From Candidatus Coprovivens sp. (lineage in GTDB: Bacteria; Bacillota_I; Bacilli_A; RF39; UBA660): a stretch of DNA of 64,000 nucleotides. How positions within the stretch are numbered: the stretch's first letter is position 1; every line of letters starts with the position of its first letter. Below the pieces are notes generated by a model. It did not search any database and was not told the DNA's origin. It saw only the letters and a program-made list of their open reading frames with translations. Made by a program: the position numbers and the translations under genes. The DNA lies in assembly GCA_051892935.1 (NCBI GenBank), contig JBJFGS010000024.1, positions 1 to 64,000 on the forward strand. Direction: 5' to 3'. Shown here piece by piece: positions 54,402 to 64,000 of the stretch.

Positions 54402-54558
54402 GGTATTCTTTTTATAGTAAAAGAAGTTGTATATATATTTAAAGTTTACTTGCATTCAAGATATTTGAATTATATAATAATTTTAGATATTGTAGTTATG
54501 TTTCTAAATATAATAGATACTAACTAAGTTAATAGTTTTTAAACTAGGAGGTAATGAT

Positions 54559-55683
54559 ATGGGTTTAATTAAAGCTTTAACTAGTTCTACAGGAAGTGTG
54601 ATGGGTGATCAGTTTAAGGAGTTTGTCACTTGTCCTACTGTTGAATCTAATGTATTAATGGCAAGAGGTGTCGTACAACATGGTGATGGTAATAAGAAAC
54701 CATCTGATGGGGTTATTACTAACGGAAGTAAAATAAACATTCCTCAAGGATGGGCAATGATGTTAGTAGATAATGGTAAAATAGTTGAATTTTCTTCTGA
54801 ACCAGGAGAGTTTATTTATGATTCTGGAACAGAACCTACTATTTTCTATGGTGGATTAGGAAAAGGAATTGTTGATTCTATCAAAACACTAGGAAGTCGT
54901 ATTACTTATGGTGGACAAACTGCTAGAGATCAAAGAGTTTACTATGTTAATTTATTGACTGTTACTGGTAATAAATTTGGATCTGCTCAACCTAAGAAGA
55001 TAACTGATGAAAAATATGGAATTATAGAAGTTACTTTCTTCGGTGAATACGCTTATAGAGTTGATGATCCGGTTGCTTTAGTTGGCAATATGTTAGGTGC
55101 TAACCCTAAAGATCAAGTTACTATTGATGAAGTAATGGGAAGTCAATTGAAGAATGAGTTTGTTGAACAAGTTTCTAAAGCAATTTCTGAAGTTATGAGA
55201 GTTAATAAAGTTTCTTTCGGAGATATGCAATCATATGGAAGTGATATTTCTGATAAGATGAATGAAATATTAAGTCCATCTTGGAAAGCTAAATACGGAC
55301 TTGTAGTTACAGATGTAGCTATGGGAGATATTAATGTTACTGATGCTTCTATGGAACGTATCAATAAGATTGATGATGCAACTATATTCTCTGATGCTAA
55401 GTTACAATCAGGTTTAATGGCATCTGCTTCTGCTGAAGCTCTTAAAAACGCTGCTTCTAATGAAAATGGAGCTATGTTAGGGTTTGCCGGATTGAATATG
55501 GCAAGTTCTGCTGGAGCTGGTATGATGAATGCAGTTAATCAAAATGTAGCCGCTCAAGGAAGTGCACCTGTTCAAGGGGCTGCAGTAGTAACTGGTGGAA
55601 CTATTCCTAATTTCTGTCCTAATTGTGGTACTAAAACTAATGGTGCAAATTTCTGCGGAAATTGTGGAACTAAATTAAATTAA
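54559..55683 (+). CDS. SPFH-domain protein with a C-terminal double zinc ribbon (YdjI-like)
   Basis: ITNGSKI, DQRVYYVN and FCPNCG...FCGNCG motifs. Confidence 0.88.
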   Translation: MGLIKALTSSTGSVMGDQFKEFVTCPTVESNVLMARGVVQHGDGNKKPSDGVITNGSKINIPQGWAMMLVDNGKIVEFSSEPGEFIYDSGTEPTIFYGGLGKGIVDSIKTLGSRITYGGQTARDQRVYYVNLLTVTGNKFGSAQPKKITDEKYGIIEVTFFGEYAYRVDDPVALVGNMLGANPKDQVTIDEVMGSQLKNEFVEQVSKAISEVMRVNKVSFGDMQSYGSDISDKMNEILSPSWKAKYGLVVTDVAMGDINVTDASMERINKIDDATIFSDAKLQSGLMASASAEALKNAASNENGAMLGFAGLNMASSAGAGMMNAVNQNVAAQGSAPVQGAAVVTGGTIPNFCPNCGTKTNGANFCGNCGTKLN

Positions 55684-55713
55684 TATAATTAAAAGAAGTG
55701 GATAACATTTAAG

Positions 55714-55938
55714 TTATCCACTTTTTTTTCTTAACATTTCAAATTTGTTTTTTAAATCTTTTTTTCTTTTCTGTTCTAATATTTCATCTTTTATGTACAT
55801 GTTATTTTTATAGAGAAGTATATTGCCTTCTTTAGTGTTTGATGGAAGTTCTGTTATAGGAATTTCCTTTTTTTCTTTATCTTTTAATGATTCTAATATA
55901 GCAATGTTTTCTTCTATTCTATCAACTGAATATTTCAT
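55714..55938 (-). CDS. DUF3006-domain protein
   Basis: VDRIEENIAILE...LP...KEGNIL. Lies downstream of the ComEC-like MBL gene. Confidence 0.85.
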   Translation of the reverse strand: MKYSVDRIEENIAILESLKDKEKKEIPITELPSNTKEGNILLYKNNMYIKDEILEQKRKKDLKNKFEMLRKKSG

Positions 55939-55946
55939 ATAATCAC

Positions 55947-56864
55947 CTATCCGTTTGTATTCGTACTATAGTTATTTATATTTATATTATTACCATCACT
56001 TGTTAAAACTATTGTTCCTAAGTCTTTTGTAATATAAATATTATTTGTATATTTTTTTAATCTGTTTATTGTCTCTTGATTTGGATGACCATATTTATTA
56101 TCTTCTCCTGCACTTATTATAGCGTATTCTGGAGTTGCTACGCTTAAAAACGCTTCGCTAGTACTAGTGCTGGATCCGTGGTGAGCTACTTTTAGTACGT
56201 CAATATCGATATTGTTATTTAGAATTGTTGATTCTACTTCTTTAGTGGTATCACCTGTGAAAAGATATGTATGATTACCAAATGTCATTTTTAGTATTAT
56301 TGATGCTTCATTTAAGTCTTTAGTACCTGTTCCTGTGTATATTACTTCGAAGTTTAAGTCTCCTAATGAAAATTTATCCCCTATTTTAGGTACTGTTATA
56401 TTTAAGTTATTATTTTCTATTGCATCTAAAACATCTTCAAATGTTTTAGTAGTAGTCATAGCTTCTGGAAGATATACTTCTGATACTTCAATACTATTTA
56501 TTATATCATCTAAGCCACCTATATGATCTTCGTGTGGATGTGTTCCCACAACATAGTCTATTTTGTTTATATTTAATTCATCTTTTATATATGGTACTAG
56601 TAATTTTCCATCTTCATTATTTCCAGCATCTATTAACATGCTATATTCATTGTTAGTAATTAAGATACTATCTCCTTGTCCAACATCAATATAATAAATT
56701 GACAAATTAGTTGAGACTTCTTTGTTTATTTCTTGAGTTTGGCTGTTTTCTTTATTAGAATAAGTTTCTTGATTATATGTTGAATAGTAGTATCCAATTA
56801 TTAGTAGTATTACAACTATATATCTAAAAAACTTATTTTTTTTATTATTTTTGTTTTTTTTCAC
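55947..56864 (-). CDS. ComEC/Rec2-like MBL-fold hydrolase
   Basis: DVGQGD, THPHEDHIGG, LKVAHHGS and YGHP motifs. Confidence 0.92.
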   Translation of the reverse strand: MKKNKNNKKNKFFRYIVVILLIIGYYYSTYNQETYSNKENSQTQEINKEVSTNLSIYYIDVGQGDSILITNNEYSMLIDAGNNEDGKLLVPYIKDELNINKIDYVVGTHPHEDHIGGLDDIINSIEVSEVYLPEAMTTTKTFEDVLDAIENNNLNITVPKIGDKFSLGDLNFEVIYTGTGTKDLNEASIILKMTFGNHTYLFTGDTTKEVESTILNNNIDIDVLKVAHHGSSTSTSEAFLSVATPEYAIISAGEDNKYGHPNQETINRLKKYTNNIYITKDLGTIVLTSDGNNININNYSTNTNG

Positions 56865-56887
56865 ATTATATCATCTTTTCTAATGTT

Positions 56888-57340
56888 TTATTTACTAGGA
56901 GCTATTTTATTAACTTTTAATCTATATAAAGAATTAGCTCCTGGTTCTATAATATCAAATCCTAGTTTTTGGAACATACTATTAGAAGCATTATTATAGT
57001 CTCTTACATGGGCTGCTATTGATTTACTCTTATTTTCGCCATTTTTTATTGCTATTTTCATAAGCTCAGTTCCAATCCCTTGATGTTTTTTATTATTTTG
57101 AACCGCTATTTGATTAATATATAAGGAATCTTCTAATTCTATTATAGAATTAAAACCTATTGGTGTAATTCCTTCTAAGCATATTATTAGGTAGTCAGAA
57201 TTAAATACGATACCTGAATAGTTTAAGGTACCACCATTTTTCTTTAAATTTTCTTCTACTATTTTTTTATCACAATATTGACAAATTTTGTTAAATACAG
57301 GAGATTGATTTGAAATAGTTATATATTTATAATTTGACAT
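56888..57340 (-). CDS. GNAT family N-acetyltransferase
   Basis: IAV...HQGIGTELM and N.AS..MFQKLGF motifs. Confidence 0.85.
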   Translation of the reverse strand: MSNYKYITISNQSPVFNKICQYCDKKIVEENLKKNGGTLNYSGIVFNSDYLIICLEGITPIGFNSIIELEDSLYINQIAVQNNKKHQGIGTELMKIAIKNGENKSKSIAAHVRDYNNASNSMFQKLGFDIIEPGANSLYRLKVNKIAPSK

Positions 57341-57437
57341 CTTATCACCTCTATTTTCTTTTTTATTATATCATAAATATAATATTTAATATTCTAATTA
57401 TACATAAAAAAACTCGGATATCCGAGTTATTCTTATT

Positions 57438-57511
57438 TGGAGGGGCCTACCGGATTTGAACCGGTGCTCAGGGAGTTGCAGTCCCTTGCCTTACCGCTTG
57501 GCTAAAGCCCC
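57438..57511 (-). tRNA. tRNA-Cys(GCA)
   Basis: GGGGCTTTAGCCAAGCGGTAAGGCAAGGGACTGCAACTCCCTGAGCACCGGTTCAAATCCGGTAGGCCCCTCCA: U73, encoded CCA, downstream palindrome AACTCGGATATCCGAGTT. Confidence 0.96.
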
Positions 57512-57637
57512 ATTTATAATTTTCTTTCACATACAAAGTATTTTACACTAATAAGTTATCTTTGTCAATTGCCATGTTTATAATTAATAATATTTAAATT
57601 ATTATTTTTAATGCTTTATTTGTAGAGTTTTGTTTAA

Positions 57638-57677
57638 ATATATAAAAATCTACACAAAAGTGTAGATTTTTATATAT
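57638..57677 (-). terminator. Long hairpin terminator
   Basis: ATATATAAAAATCTACAC-AAAA-GTGTAGATTTTTATATAT. Confidence 0.7.
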
Positions 57678-57700
57678 GGAATTCATTATTATACTAAGTT

Positions 57701-59305
57701 TTATTTAGCTTTTATTGTTAAGCTTTTATTTCTTACTGTTAAAATCATGTCTATTTCATCTGCTAGTAATAATGTATTAGGAGCTTCATAAACACTTTTT
57801 CCTTCTAAGAATTTAGGCGTTACATTTTTTAAATTAGCTGTTTTAGTACGAGGTCCTGTATCTCCACCTATATTTATAGTGTATGTGTATTGCAGTTTTA
57901 TAAAATCGCTATAGAAATCTTTATCGCTATTTTTATAATATGATGAGTTTTCATCCATAATTAACTCGTCTTCTATTATTACTAATGCATTTCCTCCAGA
58001 TGGTAATATAACATCTTGTACTTTTTTACAATTATTTTTATTATCACATGATTCATAATTATATATATAAGATTGTACTACTTTTAAACCTTTTAATGTA
58101 AATTTAGTTTCACCTAGTGTAGTTTTACTTAAATCGATTTCTTCATTTAATTTTTTGTTCCCTAATTTTTCAGTTTTTATTATATTTTCAGGTCTGATAC
58201 TAATCTTTTTGTACTTAGTTAGTAGTTTTTGATTTTTTTGGGTTAGTCCACTAAGAATACGCATTTCATAAGTACTTTTTAATTGTTCTTTGCTTAACTT
58301 ATAGACAAATACATAATCATTCGATTCATCATTTTTTATTTCTTCTCCTTGATATATTTTGCCAATATCAATAAATCTTGAACTCTTATCATAACTAGGA
58401 TATAATACTTCGTCTCCAACATATATTCTAAAGTTTGATTTATCTATTGATGTTGCCTGTCCTTTATTGTGTATACCTATTTTTATTGCTAGATAATATA
58501 TATCATTTGATAATAGTTGACCTCGATAATCCCTATTTGTTATATAACTATCTTTTAAGGATAAAGAGAAGTTTTCTAATGAAAATGCTTGATTAATAGT
58601 AAATGATTTATTATACGTTTGATAATAATTATACGAAGTATATCCAACTATTAGGAAAATCACTACTGCTATACAAGTGAAAACAAATTTATTTTCTAAT
58701 ATATAATATCTTAATTCTCTTATTAAATGAGTAATATTTCTTTTTAGTGAATTGCTATCTGAACCTATTTTTATTTCAATATCATCGTCTTCTTCTTCAC
58801 TTATTTTTAAATCTGAATGATTGTCTAGTCTAAATGTTTTTACATTGAAGCCAATTGCTTTGCTGAATCCCCAGATGATTAATAAATAAGAAGGAATGAC
58901 ACACATTGATGATACATCTCTAACAAAGTTTGCAAATGTTGCATCCATTGTGTATGTTTCTATACTTTCAAGAGAAGCGCTAAAAAAGAAACTTGCTATT
59001 AATAAAATAACATAATATATTGCGCCAACTAAGTTATATAGAGATACTTTTTTCTTTGTAGATAGTATTGCATATATTAGAATATTAGCAATTAGCATTA
59101 CTGTAATTGCTGTTGTTGATAATATCGTAATATATGTTTCTGTGAAACCTGTTTCTTTGGTTGAATAACCATTTGCAACATAGTCTCTAAAAAAATTCGA
59201 TAAATCATTAAAATTTAAGATAAGGTAAATCATTGGTATTAATAATAATAAGTTTATGATTTTATAATGTTTAACAATGAAACCATATGGGTTTCTGATT
59301 ACCAT
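57701..59305 (-). CDS. Hypothetical membrane protein (multi-TM plus DUF4352-like Ig ectodomain)
   Basis: 534-aa ORF with five TMs and a YLAIKIGIHNKG segment. Confidence 0.7.
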   Translation of the reverse strand: MVIRNPYGFIVKHYKIINLLLLIPMIYLILNFNDLSNFFRDYVANGYSTKETGFTETYITILSTTAITVMLIANILIYAILSTKKKVSLYNLVGAIYYVILLIASFFFSASLESIETYTMDATFANFVRDVSSMCVIPSYLLIIWGFSKAIGFNVKTFRLDNHSDLKISEEEDDDIEIKIGSDSNSLKRNITHLIRELRYYILENKFVFTCIAVVIFLIVGYTSYNYYQTYNKSFTINQAFSLENFSLSLKDSYITNRDYRGQLLSNDIYYLAIKIGIHNKGQATSIDKSNFRIYVGDEVLYPSYDKSSRFIDIGKIYQGEEIKNDESNDYVFVYKLSKEQLKSTYEMRILSGLTQKNQKLLTKYKKISIRPENIIKTEKLGNKKLNEEIDLSKTTLGETKFTLKGLKVVQSYIYNYESCDNKNNCKKVQDVILPSGGNALVIIEDELIMDENSSYYKNSDKDFYSDFIKLQYTYTINIGGDTGPRTKTANLKNVTPKFLEGKSVYEAPNTLLLADEIDMILTVRNKSLTIKAK

Positions 59306-59381
59306 TTAATATATACCTCCTATTCTATTATGATTATATCATATTAATAATAAAAAAGAAAAAATATGATTGCTCATATTT

Positions 59382-59831
59382 TTAATTTTTTTTAACTAGT
59401 AGCTGACCTGGTAGTAAATATATTGTATCATTATTATCTAAGAAATCTTTGTGTGATACATTAAATTTTTTTGTTACTATATCAAGTGTATCTCCTTCTT
59501 TGGTAACATAATAACTATAGTTACTTTTTGGAATTAGTATTTCTTGGTTTGGATAAATATAATCATCACTATTTAATCCATTTAATATAGCTAATAAATC
59601 TGGATTTATATTGTATTCTCTAGCTATGCCATATAACGAATCACCTTTTTTAATTGTGTAGTATTCAAAGTATTTCTCTTTATTTATAGGAACTATTATT
59701 TCTTTTCCTGCACGTAACATATCAGGAAATGGAATATTATTTAAATCCAAGATTATCTTCTCATTAGTATTAAATCTTTTAGCAATAGTGCTTAAAGTAT
59801 CCCCTTGCTTTATTAGGTATTTATCATACAT
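59382..59831 (-). CDS. Triple-LysM protein (possible spore/cell-wall binding)
   Basis: Three Y.(I/T)K.GD(T/S)L repeats. No signal peptide. Confidence 0.92.
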   Translation of the reverse strand: MYDKYLIKQGDTLSTIAKRFNTNEKIILDLNNIPFPDMLRAGKEIIVPINKEKYFEYYTIKKGDSLYGIAREYNINPDLLAILNGLNSDDYIYPNQEILIPKSNYSYYVTKEGDTLDIVTKKFNVSHKDFLDNNDTIYLLPGQLLVKKN

Positions 59832-59847
59832 AAAATCACTCCTAATA

Positions 59848-59874
59848 TAACATATGTATAATTTTGATTTTAGT
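59848..59874 (-). promoter_or_regulatory. Sigma-K-like promoter of the LysM gene
   Basis: AC, 16 bp, CATATGTTA on the minus strand, just upstream of the AGGAGTGA RBS. Confidence 0.45.
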
Positions 59875-61012
59875 TATTGATAAATATTAAATTTTTATAA
59901 TTAAATTGCCATTCAGAATACTTAACAAGTTTTATTTCACCGTATTTAGGATTATATCTGTATAGAGTGTCATCTATTAAGTAGTATACATTAGCTTCAT
60001 TAGTATATATTATTGTATCTATTTTTTTGTTAGATATTTGTGTTTTTATAGAAGAATCTATGTAAGATAGATATAAAGTATTATTTATTAATTGATATTT
60101 ATAATCTTTTTTATATATAAATGATTGTTCTTGATTTGTTAGTTTAGTCATTGATACTTTTGATATTTGACCATTTTCATATATTGTTCCTTGGTTGTTA
60201 GATTTTGCTATTATTCGCATTTTCTTTTTGTGAGGAACTAATTCATATTCTATTTTATCTTTTTTATCTATTAGATATATTGATTTATCATTAGTACCTA
60301 GGATATAGCTATCAAATGATATTTCATATTTTAAAGACCATTCTTCTGTTTCTAAGGTATCTAAATCTATTATATATATTTTATTGAAATAGTGTTCTTG
60401 TTGGTAATCCGGAATTATTATATAATTATTAATTTTGGTTGCTAAAGGAATTTCATAGATATCTTTGTCAAATATTTTTATAAATTTATTATTGTCTTTA
60501 CTTATATAATTAAATCCTTTATAAGACCATATAAATATCTGATCATCTTTATTATAAATCGTATAATTTTCATATTTTTCATTTAGTTCTTTAGTGATTG
60601 TAAAGTAATCAAAAAGCTCTTCTTTTAACTTATCATTTATTAGGTGATAATCTATGTTACTTTCTTTGTTACTACATAGTGGATATGTATTTATATAATT
60701 GCTTTTAACTATTAAACAGGTATAATCTTCATCTTGATACTCTTTTATTTCATATATTAATTTTTTTTCTTTATTATATGAAGCTTTGTATATAAAATTA
60801 TATTTCTTTTCATTGGTTGTTATTTCGTAATAATAGTATTTTTTTTCATTGTTATAATTTTCGCTTATATCATAGTTATCAATACTATATTCCAAACTAT
60901 ATGATTTAGATTTAAATAATGATATTATAAATGATATAAAAATTATTATGATGATTATTAATAAAATTGAAACAATAATAGCACTTTTTTTTAATTTGTA
61001 CTTTTTCTTCAT
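59870..61012 (-). CDS. Hypothetical membrane-anchored protein
   Basis: N-terminal TM and a Tyr-rich beta ectodomain. Confidence 0.7.
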   Translation of the reverse strand: MKKKYKLKKSAIIVSILLIIIIIIFISFIISLFKSKSYSLEYSIDNYDISENYNNEKKYYYYEITTNEKKYNFIYKASYNKEKKLIYEIKEYQDEDYTCLIVKSNYINTYPLCSNKESNIDYHLINDKLKEELFDYFTITKELNEKYENYTIYNKDDQIFIWSYKGFNYISKDNNKFIKIFDKDIYEIPLATKINNYIIIPDYQQEHYFNKIYIIDLDTLETEEWSLKYEISFDSYILGTNDKSIYLIDKKDKIEYELVPHKKKMRIIAKSNNQGTIYENGQISKVSMTKLTNQEQSFIYKKDYKYQLINNTLYLSYIDSSIKTQISNKKIDTIIYTNEANVYYLIDDTLYRYNPKYGEIKLVKYSEWQFNYKNLIFINN

Positions 61013-61028
61013 ATTTTACTCCAATTAT

Positions 61029-61481
61029 TTAACGTTTACCTAAAAATCCATATTTTTTCTTTTCTTCCATCATTGCTGTTGATATAGCAGTTTCTATTTC
61101 TGCTAAGGCTTTTTTTTCAATGTTAGTAAATACTACTACTTCTTTTATGGAATCAATTATTATTTTTCCCCATATAATGCCTCGGTATACAGTTAAATCA
61201 TTGAATAAATCCGGTGTTATCGAAGTAAGTGTATAACCTGTTAAGATATGATCTTGTCCTATTAATATTCTTTTTGATGTCATACATAAAACAGATGTAG
61301 AAAAAATATCAAAGACACTATCATTTTTTTGAGCCGCAAATGAATATAGTGGTTCTTCATCTGGATTCAAATGATCTTCTATTACTTTAGCGTGTTTTTT
61401 TAAACGCCACCATACTATTGATCCTGGATATTTTGCTTTATACATACATACTTGGTCATAAACTTTTCCCATACTACTCAC
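61029..61481 (-). CDS. Bacterial PH-domain protein
   Basis: HLNPDEEPLY, VLCMTSKRILI and GIIWGKIII motifs. Confidence 0.75.
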   Translation of the reverse strand: MSSMGKVYDQVCMYKAKYPGSIVWWRLKKHAKVIEDHLNPDEEPLYSFAAQKNDSVFDIFSTSVLCMTSKRILIGQDHILTGYTLTSITPDLFNDLTVYRGIIWGKIIIDSIKEVVVFTNIEKKALAEIETAISTAMMEEKKKYGFLGKR

Positions 61482-61980
61482 CTATTCCTTCAATTATTGC
61501 ATTTAATTCTTCATTATCGAATGTTGTAATCGAAATTATTTTTTTGTTGCTAATTGTGATTATATAGTTTGTTTCTAATTCTGATAATCTGCTATCTTTT
61601 TCATAAAACTTTACTTCTTCTTTTTTAGAAAGTTTGCTTATTTCTAATAGATATATTTTAGTATTTCTATAATAAGCAGTTTTATTTATTAATTCAATAA
61701 ATTTGTTATATGTTGTTGATGAATTGTCTATTATAGCAATTGTTGATATATTGTTACTTTTCCATAAATTATTAAATTTTTTATAAGTAATTCTTGCATA
61801 ATACTTTTCGTTAGGATTATATTCTTCTGATGTCTTAGTAAATAAAACTTCTTCTACAATTGTTTGTTCTTTGTTTTGATTACTAATTAAAAGATAGATA
61901 ATTATAATAGATAATATTAGAGTAATTATTAATAGAATTATATTTTTGCTATTAATTTTATTATTACTTTTTTTAACCAT
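61474..61980 (-). CDS. Membrane-anchored thioredoxin-like protein lacking CxxC
   Basis: TM followed by an ITYKKF...IAII...KIYLLEI pattern. No Cys. Confidence 0.5.
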   Translation of the reverse strand: MVKKSNNKINSKNIILLIITLILSIIIIYLLISNQNKEQTIVEEVLFTKTSEEYNPNEKYYARITYKKFNNLWKSNNISTIAIIDNSSTTYNKFIELINKTAYYRNTKIYLLEISKLSKKEEVKFYEKDSRLSELETNYIITISNKKIISITTFDNEELNAIIEGIGE

Positions 61981-62049
61981 ATAACCCACCCTTTGCATAG
62001 TTTTATTTTATAATGTTTTCTTTTTTAATGCAATAAAAAGGAAACTATA

Positions 62050-63336
62050 TTAGTTTCCTAAAGTTAATATTACTACTACAATACCCAAGCCGATTCCACA
62101 TATTAAAGCAACTGCTCCAAGTAGTAATGTTGTTGCTGCAAATCCGCCTGTTGTTTTTGATTCTTCTTCTACAATTAGTTTTATATCTTCATCAGTTATT
62201 TTTTTATTATTTAATAGTTCTGGATGTTCTTTTGGATTAATCGGATATTTCTTTTGAATTAAATCTAATTTTGTTGTTACTCTAACATTCAAACTTTGAG
62301 TTGCCATTGTTCTTTCAACTTTATTTGTTTTTTGTTCTTTATCTAGAGTTTCTTCTATTTTAGTTTGTAATTTAGCTATTTTTTCGAGATTTTTAATTAT
62401 TTTTGATTCTATAATTGGCGCTCTTTCAAGATTTGTATTGTTATAGATAATTCTACTTATTGCATCTTTATATAGTTTTATTGCATCATTTATAGCTTCA
62501 GTCATTTTTCTTATTTCAGTAAAATGCTGTTCAAATAATACTTCTAATAAAACATCTCTATTGATTAGTTTATTATTAAGCATATATTCATTATCCCCTA
62601 CTAGTTGATCTTTATCTATACTATTTGAAATAGATATTGGACTTAAGTAGGAATCAATCCATTCTGGTTTACCTTGTTCATTAATTTTACTGATTAGATA
62701 ATAATCTAATCCTCTATATTTACGACCTACAATATAGTCGAATAATATCATTCTTGCATATTTTTTTATTAATGCTTCTTTACTATTTTCACTTAATGGT
62801 ATTCCTTTTTGAAGTTCGATTTCTTTTGTTAGTGAATATGTCCCAAGATTGATTATATCGTTTATTTGAGCTTTATCAGTAATTGCATTTCCTTTTGATA
62901 CAGCTGGATATTGCAATACTTTGGTTATCCATGAAGCTTCCTCTTCATTTATTAATCTTTGATTAACATATTGAATTATGTGGTTAAGAACAGTTGTTGC
63001 AGAAATTCTTGTTTCAATATTTTTACTATAGTTTAATAGAGTAAAAACACCTACGTTATTTTCTTCTGTTACTATTCTTTTTGTTTCTTCGTGATCTACA
63101 TCAAATAATTCGGCAATATCACCTTTTATTATATCATAATCATCTATATTCATTAATTCAGGATTTAGACCATTTGATTTATAAACCCCTAATATACTTT
63201 TATTTAATTGAACTAGTTGAGAACCATCTTTAAAACTATTGATTACGTCAATAGTTATAGGTTCTTCCTTGCGGATACCATTATCAAGGGATACTATATA
63301 AAATTGTTCATTTGTATATACATCATTTTTATCCAT
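62050..63336 (-). CDS. Hypothetical protein: degenerate HipA-like kinase fold with a C-terminal TM anchor
   Basis: IAELFDV, RMILFDYIVG and LSPI motifs, and a hydrophobic C-terminus. Start MDKND after AGGAG. Confidence 0.55.
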   Translation of the reverse strand: MDKNDVYTNEQFYIVSLDNGIRKEEPITIDVINSFKDGSQLVQLNKSILGVYKSNGLNPELMNIDDYDIIKGDIAELFDVDHEETKRIVTEENNVGVFTLLNYSKNIETRISATTVLNHIIQYVNQRLINEEEASWITKVLQYPAVSKGNAITDKAQINDIINLGTYSLTKEIELQKGIPLSENSKEALIKKYARMILFDYIVGRKYRGLDYYLISKINEQGKPEWIDSYLSPISISNSIDKDQLVGDNEYMLNNKLINRDVLLEVLFEQHFTEIRKMTEAINDAIKLYKDAISRIIYNNTNLERAPIIESKIIKNLEKIAKLQTKIEETLDKEQKTNKVERTMATQSLNVRVTTKLDLIQKKYPINPKEHPELLNNKKITDEDIKLIVEEESKTTGGFAATTLLLGAVALICGIGLGIVVVILTLGN

Positions 63337-63454
63337 AATAACTGCTCCTAGTCTATATAGCAATTATAACAGATATTTACAATAATGTGTATAAAAAATG
63401 GCTTTTTCTTTTGGATAAAAGAAAAAAGACCATAAAGGTCTGTTAATTTACATA

Positions 63455-63530
63455 TGGTGCCGAGGGACTGAGTCAAACAAGTCTCCTTACACAAACAAAG
63501 TGTACGTTCTAACGTTACAACTACCTCGGC
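63455..63530 (-). ncRNA. Atypical tRNA-like RNA (anticodon UGU, Thr-like)
   Basis: GCCGAGG/CCTCGGC-A-CCA acceptor stem and TACAC-TTTGTTT-GTGTA anticodon arm. D and T loops are non-canonical. Has its own promoter-like and terminator-like sequences. Confidence 0.8.
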
Positions 63531-63689
63531 ATTAATATTGAACTTTTCAGTACATTATTATAATAGCACATAATTATTTAAATATACAAATTTTAGTGTT
63601 TTACTTTACATTTTTATTACGTTTAACTTATACTTCATTTCGATAAATTAAAATGTTATAATATATTTAGAATAAAGGAGTTGTATTAT

Positions 63690-64000
63690 ATGAAAGCAGT
63701 AGCTATTAAATCTTTAAAGAATCTAGAAGTTGTCGAAATACCAACACCAAGAGTTAAAAATGGTAGTGTTGTTGTAGAAGTCAAAAAAGCAGGTATTTGT
63801 GGTTCTGATATTCATTATTGGGATATGGGATTACCTGAAAATTTAGTTATGGGTCACGAATTTTGTGGAATCGTCACTAATCCTGGTAGTAGAACTGATT
63901 TAAAAATTGGTGATAGAGTCACGGCTTTACCTATTTCGCCTTGTGGAAAGTGTCCAGCATGTAAATCTAATAATCATCAATATTGTCCTCATACTTGGGA
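63690..64000 (+). CDS. Zinc-dependent alcohol/sugar dehydrogenase (MDR family), truncated by the window end
   Basis: GICGSDIH, MGHEFCG, GDRV and CGKCPAC...C motifs. AAAGGAG RBS. Confidence 0.92.
   Translation, partial: MKAVAIKSLKNLEVVEIPTPRVKNGSVVVEVKKAGICGSDIHYWDMGLPENLVMGHEFCGIVTNPGSRTDLKIGDRVTALPISPCGKCPACKSNNHQYCPHTW

Overview
Very AT-rich chromosomal segment of a low-GC Bacillota bacterium. Gene content and style suggest an uncultured Bacilli lineage such as RF39; that placement is inference. Housekeeping genes (dusB, murE, asnB, tex, ligA, pcrA, Hsp20 with a CIRCE operator, tRNA-Gly, tRNA-Cys) are interspersed with many orphan genes. The main finding is a 3,222-bp large-serine-recombinase element inserted inside the substrate-binding gene of an NMT1/SsuA-type (YtlA-like) ABC transporter operon. 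Recombination at a shared TGA core (43349-43351 and 46571-46573) restores a 326-aa open frame and releases a circle with a palindromic attP (TGCATTAAG-TGAT-CTTAATGCA). The element carries an unannotated SHOCT-like microgene, a recombinase that seems to lack most of its coiled coil, a Q-x-E ADP-ribosyltransferase and a WXG100 pair. It resembles a minimal skin-like gene-interrupting element at an unusual target gene. Other notable items are a transcribed-looking but non-canonical tRNA (UGU), a degenerate CCA-adding enzyme, a tandem-HEPN-like gene separated from its RBS by an A8 tract, a HipA-like kinase pseudogene, a 2H phosphoesterase, mTERF-like repeat proteins and sigma-K-like promoters. All calls come from reading motifs by eye; no database searches were run.
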